Source of the DNA: Tubiluchus corallicola
Lineage: Eukaryota; Animalia; Priapulida
Direction of reading: 5' to 3'
Length of the DNA: 64,000 bases
Assembly (NCBI GenBank): GCA_030141605.1
Contig: JAQGDQ010000403.1
Span: 147,069-211,068 of the forward strand
Shown here: positions 41,529 through 53,500 of the stretch, piece after piece
How the letters are laid out: every line of letters starts with the position of its first letter
How positions within the stretch are numbered: position 1 is the stretch's first letter
Translations under genes and position numbers: made by a program
The notes under the pieces: generated by a model
What the model was told of the DNA's origin: nothing
Seen by the model: the letters and a program-made list of their open reading frames with translations, nothing else
Databases searched by the model: none

Positions 41529-44500
41529 TTACACGGACTGCGTAGAAGCCTTGCGACTTTCTGACAACGACGAAACTGATTCATGTGTCTCCTCAAATTC
41601 CTTGCGAATATGTTGAAGTAGGACTGGGTCCGACAAAATTTCAACAGCTGTACATGCCAGAGCCTTTGCAGCAACGATGGTGTATTCCTGAGCTTCATCA
41701 GTTCCAGCTTGATCTTTAAAAGCCTTAGGTAGAAGTTAAAAACATTTCAGTTGATAAATCTACCACTTGACAACTTAAGATGTATAATAATGTGACTAAG
41801 ACACTTCTGCTGATTTACTGGTTCATTCTTGATTATGAGCGAAGTTCCAGTCTCGCCACAATAATCAACGTTAAGCACATTGCTATTAAATGCTAGATTC
41901 CAGCTTGCAGTTTGCTGCAGTTTATAAAAAATCTGAACTACTTCCAAACAAATGACGACGTTGTTTTCAAACAAATGTCACAAACACATACAGTGTTAGA
42001 AACAACTCTAATATTCACAAATCTTGCGAAAAAATTACGTTAAATTTACACAAGTATATGTATTGTCTTCAGAGCTTGAATTATTTCCATTAAATTCTGG
42101 AAATTTATGGACATGGCCTGGTGGATAAAATAAGATTTTGGAACATTGAGCCAGTTCACAATGTAGCTTTGCTGGTATAGACAAATTATATGATAATACA
42201 AAATAAGAAAAAAATCCTTGGCAGATTTGCAAGCCCAAGGTAAAAATATCATTTCCAAACGACAACTTTTTTTATTTATTTTATTTATTTATTATTATTA
42301 TCACATTCAGTACAATATAATGACATTAAGCACACAGTGACATCAAAATCATTACATCATACTGTATTAAATTGTTATGTTTAATACACTATCGTTATTA
42401 TAAAAGAATAATTGTACTGCAGTGGGATTGAGAAGCAAAGGCTTGTATAAGCCCACTGTCATGTGAACCCGATAAAAAAAGAATGGATGAGTGAACAAAA
42501 AATTAAAGAACTGGGAGAAAGGTTAGATCACACAGGAAGGGTAGAAGGATGTGTCAGTGGAAATGGTAGGAAGAAAGACAATAGATTGTGGTATGATGGC
42601 ATCAGCTCTAAAGATTTATCAATGATGCCTTGTTTTGCATAATCTGTACCAGGATTGTGGTATGACTGCTCCAACAGTTGTGGGAAATTAGGAAGTGTTG
42701 TACTTGTTAAAAATCATTGCTCTGTATTTCTTTTTAATTTTTTGAATTGGCTGAACAGTTATTAATTCATCATTTATGTCATTCCAAAGCCTTGGACCAA
42801 CATTTGCAATGAATTGCCGTGCCACGTCTATTCTACAGAAATTCACGACAAACTCCTTCATTCTGGTTGCATAACGCCGATTATTTGGTTGGACTGGATT
42901 ATTAAAGAACGTTGGAAAGAGATTATATTTAGTTTTATACATGCATGTAGCTGTATTCATGCGTATTAAATCGTCAACAGTTAAAATTTTATCAGTTTTA
43001 AAACATTTCACAGTTGCACGGCGCAAATAGTAAAAAACAGCTCTTACTGTGGTGTGGATTTGTGACTCGGTGCCAATGTAAAAAGTCGGATGTATGCTCG
43101 GGACGACCTGCGAGACATTTCCCATGTCAGTTGATCCACCTGGTCGACCTTCAGGAGCAGATATAAACACCGTGCCTGAAGCATTACAGAAACTTGCGAT
43201 ATTAATTCTTGTTCTGTGTTAAGTGGAAATAATACAAAACAAAATGTTGATGATTTATAAGCAGAAACAGCATTTTGAAGTACAAACATTTTATGAATGA
43301 GGTGTGATGGGCAAGCAGACAAAGTGAGGTAGCTACAGCAAGTTTTATTACCACTCACAGCTTCACATTGCATTGTTAACATGCAAGACATGCTCTATTC
43401 ATGTTGAATTGCTTCCTTACCTTGAAAAATCACCAAAGCAAAACAATAAGGTCCAAGCTCAACTTTCATAGAAAGTCATACATATTCAAGTTCACTGAAA
43501 AAACATTTTCTCCAGTTTTATGTGTCTGATACTTGAATATGTATGAGTTTCTACAAAAGTCGAGCTTTGACCTTATTGACTTGTTCTGGTGATTTCCCAA
43601 AATAAGGAAGCAATTCAACATTCACCGTTTCATCTCACCTCATCTACATAAATAAGACCTGAAGTGTCCACTATGTCCTAGCCAGTGAGTCGTTCTGAAA
43701 AAAGCACGAAAGAAAGAAGAGAGAAAAAGGGAGGAAGAGGCAGAGACAGACAGAGAAATGAAAGGGAGTGAGTGACAGAGTTTAATTAGTGGGTATTATT
43801 TACGAACTAGATGTTGTTCATGACATATGTATATACGCCATTCAACTAACTCTAAGAGATACGTAACACAAAACAAATTTCAAACTATAAGAGGCGGGAA
43901 AAGCAATACTAAACTCAGTAATTACCTAGCTCTTCAGCATATTTTTGATATACTGAGGCCATTACAGTATTGTGGTTCATAGACGCATAGCCTTTTGGTG
44001 AAAACTCATATTCAGTTTCGCAGTCAGTTGCCTTCGCTGCACCAATAATACACTGCACAACTCGCTGAGACAACAGCATGAGTTCAGTTTGATTTGGCGC
44101 GCGGACATAGATGAGCATCTCAGTTTCGGCAGGTATAATATTAGGCTTCACTCCTCCATTCGTGATAATAGCTGTCAAGAAATAAAACAGATCAACCAAT
44201 AAGTGAGCAGTTTGATTAAAATAATGTTTACAACACATTTTAGTTACATAAATTACATTATAGAGAAGGGAACTAGATAGATACAATCAATGCAATCAAT
44301 TGAATTGTAACTGTGGATTTCGATTTGAGTCTGATGAACACTTTTTATTGCACTGCCCATTGTATCAACAAACTAGGGTTGTTATGTTTGATAGACTAAA
44401 TGAAATGCTTCTGCCCGAAAACCTTAATATAGCTATCTTAGGAAATAATGATCTGTTGAAGTTGTTATTATTTGGAAAAGATGAATTTAACTATGTTGCA

Positions 44501-47500
44501 AAATGTAAAATATTCCAATGCATACATGACTTTATATTACGTACTAAACGCTTCCAGTAGTTTCTAGCTGATATAAAATGCATCAGTCTTAAATATTCGT
44601 ACATTAATATTTTCTAACCGTCATTTTCTACTAATGTCTAATGTAATCTTGTAGTAAAACTTGTCAGCTTGTGTAGTTACGTCAATTCTTACTGTAAATG
44701 TTACTAATGTCTAATGTAATCTTGCATACTTTGTGATCTTTGATCATTCGTATCGGCCCGGTGCCCAGTAATAAAGTCGCCAGAATAAAGTCACGGAAAA
44801 AGTCACAATTTTGGCTAAGAAAAAAAATCACAATTAATTTTGGCTAGGGTTAGGGTTAGATTTAGGAGTTAATGTTAGAGTTAGGGTTGTGATTAGGGTA
44901 AGAGTTAAGATTAGGCTTATTTCTTTTTTCTGTGCCTTTCTCCTCCGACTTTTTTCCTGTGATTTTTTTTCTGTGACTTTTTTACCTGTGACTTGATTAC
45001 CAGGATTCACAGCCTCAGGCATGAGTTAGGATAGATAATTGAACAAACATTGTAGTATTACAGTTTCATAAAAAGTTCATTAACGAGACAAAATTACTTC
45101 CAAAAGTTCAACATCAGAACTATTGTTATAGGGATGTTGATTCCCCTGGACAGTCCTGTACCAGGTCCGGACTACTGTGAAGCGTCACGACCTAGAGTAT
45201 ATTTACCAAGTTATTTGCATTTCCTTCTTCGTCTAACGATGCTGGTAGCTGATATAAAAACAGTTCAGGCATTAAGAAAAAGAAGCCAAAGAACAGAGAG
45301 AAAAAGCAGGCAGAGTGGAGAGAGCTGTTTTGTCTCTGAGATTTGGCATAAAGTTGAGAATAACTTCGTTGTTATTGTACTTTATTTTGGACTAGCAAAC
45401 AAAGATTTTTTCTCTAGTGAAATGTGTTGAAAAATAAACGAAACCGATTTTTCTCAAGAGTGAGTTCTAAAGTCGTTCCTGTTAGTTTATGACTTTACAC
45501 TTTAAAATCTGACCAAAAGTTATAATAAACAAGAAGCAACAACACTCTGATGCTTCACAAAAATCATTGAACCAGTGACATCTGGTGAACTCCAAGCAAA
45601 CATATAAGCATAAAACCATACTAGTCGTTTTATTTAGGGATTTTGCTCTCGATTAATTGAATTACTATTCAATAGCCGATTATATCAATTTATAGATGGT
45701 TAAAATCTCGAAAAATTCGATTAACCTATTAAATGCCCATCTCTATGCATACCACTGCTATTACTACTTACCATGAATTCTGCACTTGGGCTTCATTTGC
45801 TGTCTTAACAGTGATATGTTATTATAACAGGCTACCGCAGCATCTAGTGCATTTCGTCCATCCCAGGGGGCAGCAGCTGCATGAGCCGCTTTCCCGTGAT
45901 ACTTCACAGTCAACTACACAAGAAATAAAAACTTCAGCAAAATGAAATGAAACGCTTTACATACTCAAAAAGTAGGTGTACAAGAAGTGATTAACTTGAA
46001 AACTTTAGAAAAATTCAGTAATATAAATTACTTTTTACTTTGTAAATGAGAATTGCTTTACCATTGTAGAATAACGGAATTTAACAATAGAAATTTATTT
46101 TCATTCACTTTCTTGTATTGGTATTTTTAGTATTTAGTTTAACATCAAGATTTTTACATATTTAAAAAAATACGATCCAAACCATTTAGATCCGTCTTTT
46201 ATATAAATTAATTATATTACATTTAAAAAGTTTTCATAATAAAACATTTTACAAGACAATATGTGTGACAGACAAGCACAAAAGTTAGGATTTTCTAATT
46301 TAACGTTAAGTTAATAAAACATGCAAATCAATACCACATGCAGTTTTAGTGTTACAAGCATCACTTTCATATACACACATAGGAGAAGATTAAATTAGTA
46401 GTAAATGAAAACCAGTGTTTTGCAAATATAAATTTTATGCAAAACAAAGAAATAAATGAAATTGCTAGCCAGAGAAGATAGACAGCGCTAATCCACATAA
46501 GCAACTAACACAAGCAACTTCTATGCTATTTAAGCTCGAACATTTAACAAACAGTAACAAAGCAATGCATTTGTGGTAGATTGTTGTTCGTTGTTCACAT
46601 GATGCACGCTACCAGCAATAGAAATTACAATCATAACAGTATGTACCTAGGATGGTCATCTTTAACAGATTACATGTACAGTCACCACCATAGCACAAAT
46701 CCAGGCCTAATTTCAAAGCAATTTCCAGCAAAATATTTGAAATTAAACTACCAAAGCAGAAATGGCAAAAGAGCCTCTACTGATTAATCCTGAAAATACA
46801 TTTTATTTTAAACCATGTTTTTTGTTTATAAAAATATTCTAATCATATAAAGTAGTATATAACAAAGAATTTTAATTTAAAAGCTAACCCATTTACAACA
46901 GTGATTTGAGCACAATAGGTACTACATCAGCTATAGCTGCAGAAAACAGTGCAAGCAGCTGGTAACTCCAAATACTAGCAAGGCCTATTATTAATAGTAA
47001 TAAGTTTTAAGTTTGATCCACAACTAAAAATCACACATGATACATGTTGAATCTTATACCTTAAAAAATGTGGCGCATCAGTGGATAGTTGCGAAAATAT
47101 AATTTTTTTCTAACTGCATGCTAGTTATTGCAACATAAATAATTGATAGTTGTGGCTAAAAATAGGTGAAAGTGTTGAATATGTAAGTTTAACTGATGGT
47201 CAGAGTAACTGATAGCTAAAAAAGGTGGTTACAGTCAAATCAATGACTCACACTAATCTGGTTTTACTGAGCATCGGTCTAACATGTTTTTTGGCAAAGC
47301 TTGTCGTCTAATTCTTCAAATTCACATTTAAAAATACATTATACAGTTTATCCTTCAAATCACATCGTTTATCAGTCCAAATATTAAAACAGTTTGCCAG
47401 AGGCAGATAGAACACACTCCAATAAACTATGCATAAATTGACAAAGCCAAATGTTGTTGTACTTTTTCACTAATTCTAAATGTACTTTGCTACCAACTAG

Positions 47501-50500
47501 TTCATTTAGCCTAGTCATTAAATTTATCAATCTCAATCTAAGACAGCAAATTCAGGTAATAAAATACTTATTTCCAAATGGTTGCCTGAAATTTATGCTA
47601 AATGCACGTTAATGGCAGCATTGCAGAATCCAGTAACATTATTATGGATCCCTTAACCAGAAGCTACTGGTGGTATTCATGCACACATGCCATGATTAAA
47701 TGAATATGTTTGCTCCCCCGGATTAAATATTAGTAACTAACTAATAGAAAAAACATAGCCGTAAATATGGTTACAAAAAATCAACCAGCTAATTCAAATG
47801 CTGTTAATTTCCAGTCTTGCACTCACAGCATGCACTGCAAAGGCCAACAAATATTCAAAGCCAGGAAAAATTGCAATAGACCAAAGACATGCATTTCCAA
47901 AATACTTGCCGCAGTTTGGGCCAGATATATACGATCATTGCAATTAAAAGCATAAGGATGAACCATCATTGCAGACTCAACTTCGGAGAAAGCTCCCGCC
48001 ATGAGCAAATCCTTTTTTCCACATCCTCCCTCCTCCGCTGGTGTCCCCAAAACTATCAACTACAATTGTACACACAACACTACATTATGATTACAGATAC
48101 TTTGAATACAGGTGCTTTAAGCATAACTGCAAATACTCACAGGGGAAGTATTTGCACAACGAGGGAAGATAACTGAATTTATCAACCGCTACCAATAATC
48201 CTGCTGAAGACTGGGATGAATTTCAGTACCACTAAGATATGAAACATTTTCCGATCCAGGAATATGCAAGGAGATCCATGAACATCCCGACCACTGTATG
48301 CAACTATGTATTACTAATAATTAGCCGAAAAAAAAACAAAAACAAGGAAATGCTGTCAAACATGATTAAAAGAATGTGCCCAACTCATCAGAGAGAATAT
48401 TATCACGAAGATAACTGATGCAAAGTACAAACAAAGTCGGAGCTAACGCAGATCCTTGCAGAACACCAGGAGGAACATAGTGAACAGTAAAATTCCAGCC
48501 CATCAAAAATGACATGCGGACATCAATAAGAAAAAAATCGATAAGATTAACTTTAGAGATAGTTTGAGTTTCCAATAGTTTGAGTATGAAAAGCAGCCTT
48601 GTGCCAGATCTACCACGTTATCAAAGGTCTCGAAAATATTCAGGGGCATTGCTCTTGGTAACGCTTAGTGCAAGTTAGAGTAGAAATGGACCGATGCAAG
48701 TCACAATTCAATACTCAAATGCTATGAGCTACAAGACAGGTTTTAGTTATGTTTGAATGCAGGTACATGCACTCTTAATGAGAATTAGTAGGTGCTAAAT
48801 GTTAACAAGATTAACACTTACACCCTAGCTTTACAGAGCAGAGATTCCACCCTATTCTACTCAGAGATTATACTCTGGAAATAAATTTTCTGTTAAGGAT
48901 GCTCACAAAACTCTTGTTTCTTGGCTTAAAGTCCCATTAGACAACTTATGACATGAAATGGAACACAATTTCCAGAAAGAAATATTAAATAGTAAACACC
49001 CATTACAGTTTCCAAAGAAAAGACCAATGTTAAAAGTGGATAAAAACCACTGAGCACATAAACTAAGAGAAAAACCTGCAAACGTATGACTAAATAAACA
49101 ATGCAAAAATTAAAACAACTACTATTTTCAAACATGGAAAAAATCTGCCAAAATTATTAATACTAATTCAAAGTTATTTTAACTTTATTTATCTTAATGC
49201 GTCTTCATAGTATTTGAAAACGAAAACTATTGTCACCCCGATAAGCAAGGATTGCATTTTATCATAACTAATTTTTAAAATTCAGTAAAGTAAACAGAAT
49301 TCTGATTAAAATATCTTGTATATAAATTTTAAAATGACAAATAAACAGTAATCTGATTAAAATACCTTAGATATAAATTTTAAAAGGACAAATTACATTT
49401 GTTTACAACGTTTTGCAAGGATTATGTGCTACAATGGTGCTATGTATGCACACATGCATATGGATTGACTGCAAAGTCGTCATAGTCATAGTCAGATGTT
49501 GACTAAGAAGGGGTAGTACTATCAAACAGACATTTGCAGAGCCTTGCGTAAGTCCTTACTTGTAAACAAAAAAACAATTGACTGAGTGGAGTCAGTTGTC
49601 TTATGTGGAAAGCAGACAATAGCATATTTACACCAAAGGCAACTTCACTAAATAAAGACAAGGTATAATGACTGAGCATACAAGGTTAGTAGCAGCAGCA
49701 ACAAGTATATACACTACACAGAAAGTTTACTTATACATGTAAGTAGATATATATATATATATACAAGAGACACAAAATAACAAGCAAATTTTCAAAACAC
49801 TGTCAAATTGCCTTCAAATACTGAGCACAGACCACAGATTCAATTAAATTGCATCCTTGTTTCCATGAAAAGGATACATAAAATACAATAATATTAATTA
49901 GCATCACTGAAATTAAAATTAACATCATAATATAATGAGTATTCATTGTAGACTTGTAATATTCTGTCATTCAGTGCATTGTGAACAAAATTTATGCAAC
50001 AGTTTCGTTTGGAGATACTTTAGCGTCACTTGTGACTCATTCACATTTTTAAATTTTACATTTATTACGAGTTTACGAAAATGGCAGTAATAATCTCAAA
50101 AAGCCATTTTGGGCTGTTGGACTGATATGACAGTGTCACAAGTTAACAGCAGAATAACATCTTCACAGCAAATAACTTAAAGACATAAATGTTTAAAATG
50201 AGCAATTTTTAGCATTCTTATTCATATCAGAATTTCAACTGTTAACAATATAATTGCAGATTTTCACCAGTATGTAATTCTTACTTTCTCATTAGCCAAC
50301 CATAACATATAGGCATCATTACGTGAAAACGGGTGGGACATTAAAGCACAATCCACTCCAACAAAAGCGTCAGCATTAAGTAGATTTATCTTCCCACCCC
50401 CACCTTCTTCTGCCGGCGTGCCTAGAACAAATAACTAACAAAGACTAATACAATGAAATAAATTTACAAGTATTTATTTAGAGTCCAGTCTATTCCAGGA

Positions 50501-53500
50501 AGTGCATCAACAGTGCATGGATCTATCCTATACAACCACCCCCCCTCCCTCCCCCCATAGATCAATCCTCTTCTCCTGTTAATGTGTTTGGAACAAATAA
50601 CTAACAAAAATGTATCAAAATGCAATCTATACATACTCATTTTATTACTTAACAATAGCTGCAAAAGTTCTTGCACATTTTGACCAACGAGACTTGCTCA
50701 CCTACTTCTAAGATACTTTCATGCTACTGAGAAATCAAAAGCATCTTATCTACGAATTTAAAGAAATGTAAATTTATCAAAGGCATACCTTAATTAGTAA
50801 TTATTATTTGTAATTTTAAAACCGACATTACAATTGCTCTATAGTAAAGCACATACAAATAGTAAATAACAATCATCCTACAAACCCAAGGCAGTGAATG
50901 CATGTTCTCCTTTTGTGTAAAGAATGTTCCATTTCTTTAGCAATACTAGTTTGTATGTTTAGCTGTAATGGTAAACTTACACTAACGGAAATGCTGTAAC
51001 TTAAAGATATCTTCACAGACTATCAGAACACCTGCTTTGAAAGAACATTAACACCAGCAGTGTTCATACAGAAGTAAAATACAGTACTTGCTTATTTTTC
51101 ATCGATCTTTTTGGTAGCTGAATTTAGCCTGATGTTCCTCCACGTGTGCATATGCATGCGTATGTATCTATGAGTAGATCGGTGAGTAAACATGTGCAAG
51201 AAAGAGTATCATTAATATAAGTAAACTGAGCAATGTCAAGAAAAGTACATTTTGTGATACAAATTATATGGTGCATTTTCCTGTCTTGGTCTCCCTCACT
51301 CACTAAAACACAATTTAGCAAAAAAATTAATTTTTCAGTCGTGTATTGTTATGTGTGTAGTCTAAACATTTCATTAATTCTATCTTCATGGTAATACAAT
51401 AATATTACAATTGCTAAATGTACAGTAAATGTTGCAACGTGGGTTTGCAAGACAATGTAAGTTTACATGCCAACCCTTCACCTATACATTGTAATTACAA
51501 AATAAAGATAATGTGGTACAATATAGTATAAGTATAGATTACAGTTGAAATTAAACAAATTCTAACAATTATGACACAGTGAATCATCATAGCATATGCT
51601 AGATTAAATAATTCTTTTAACCCTGTAAAATACAATTATACTGATTAAAATCATTAAAGCGGTATTATTGTTCATGATTTGCATTTGTGTTGTCACTTAG
51701 TGTATGATAGGTTCAATGTTAATGGTAAATGGTTATGAAAAACAAATTCATGCAATGTTATTCATCTAGATATGCTAGCCAATGCATGCAATGTTATTAA
51801 TTTAAAACATTTTGGCATCAGTTTTGGTTAAATGTCATCTTTACTAGAAGAGAAAGTTTTTTGAATTGTTGTAACAATAAAGGAATCTAAACACTTTTGA
51901 AAATCAGGCTAAAAGTCAGTTGCTGTACACTTAGTTTCCCATATCAAAGGAGTATGATGAGTTAGCCATAGCATAAGACATTAACAAATAACAATGCAAA
52001 AAAATATATATTCAAAGCAAGTAGCTCAGTAGCATTCTTAGCATTATTCCACTGCAAATCACAAGCATGCATTGTGACATGCTAAGCTTACTTTGTCTCT
52101 AGCCAACAGTGATAAACGAGCATTGCTAAACGAGAATGGGTGAGACATTAGTGCACAGTCCATTCCACGAAAGGCATCACAATTGATTAAATCTACTTTC
52201 CCACCCCCACCTTCTTCTGCCGGCGTGCCTAGAACAAATAACTAACAAAGACTATCAAAATGCATCCACCCGTACGGTGCTACTTAAATAACCAAAGCAT
52301 GCAGACATCATCAAATGATAACTGGTCTGACAACAGATCAAAATTCCTTTCAACTAAAACAACAGCAATGCTTCAATCTAACTTCCCTCTAAAACCTTTC
52401 CTGGTGCCTGTTGAAAAAATAACTAACAAAAAAACCTACCAGCAATGTATCGATCCATAAACAATATGACATCAAGACTTAAAGAGCTAATTCTAAGATG
52501 CTCTCAGGCAGGCAACATCTCAAATATGTTCGAATTGCCTAACATAAATAAGCATTCAATTACAAGGTTCAAGTTTTATGAGTTTTGAGTTGACTGGAAT
52601 ATTTGTCATTAAACTTATGACAGCTGAAACACCAAGAAAAACAAAGAATAATGTTTACAGATGTGACAAACATTGTTGTCAAAATTAACAAAACCGTACG
52701 AATGGTTCAATAATGAAATCAGAGATCCAATGGTCAAGTGCTTGCTGCTAGTCTCATTTGATAATGGTCCGCTTTACAATTATAAGAATACATGTAGACC
52801 CAATGCAAAGCTATAAAGTATAAACCTATCTAGCTATTATAAGCACTTTATCATGTGTTTGATTGTATTGCTGCTCATCCACTTTTACATTCAACTATGC
52901 AAATGTTTAATTAATTTAATTAGTTAATTTAACCAATTAATTGCTCCTAACATGCACTAAAACACACTTTTCTAGGATCAATCTAATACCAGAAATTTAT
53001 GATGAATGTAGTTTGTGCTATGGTGGTGCATTGCAAAATGTCGCGTGCTAGAAAATAAATGTTCATTTGGGACACAATGTGCCCTACCTGGTCAAAAGCA
53101 AGATAAAGATCATTTACAGTAGAAGTCTTAAAAGGATGCACCATCATTGCTGCATCTACAAGACTGAAAGCATCACTAGCAATCATGTCAATTTTGCCAC
53201 CGTATCCCTCTTCATCCGGAGTACCGAAAACCACCAACTTGCAGAAAAAAGCATTGTGAGTCAGTTAGGTATTTTAGTCAGTGTTCTAAGAAAATAAAAC
53301 AATGGGCGAAAGACAAACCTACAGTGAATGGAGGGCGATAGTTTGCGCCAGCATGAAAAATGTGAAGCAAGTAATGATAAAGCATCATGCTAGTATCAGT
53401 ATTAGTTTGCTAACATCTTTATTAATGTTAGTCCTTAATTAACAAGTTTAGTGTTGTAAAATGATTGGTTTGTACATGCCATGCACTATAGATTGAATGG

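Noticed and set aside
42688-43170. 160-aa ORF as a PM20D2-LINE fusion protein
   Set aside because: Read-through of exon 5 past a strong GTAAGA donor into an intronic LINE fragment; the normal last exon is present at 41723-41529.
44845-44915. TTAGGG-like tract (also 25650-25715) as interstitial telomere
   Set aside because: Short, degenerate and enclosed by MITE-like inverted ends.
46647-46790. Possible additional exon-2 copy (AG...GT spaced ~144 nt, LGLD-like codons)
   Set aside because: Immediate stop in phase 0 and no EE or HP motifs. At most a very old relic; it overlaps the candidate docking site.
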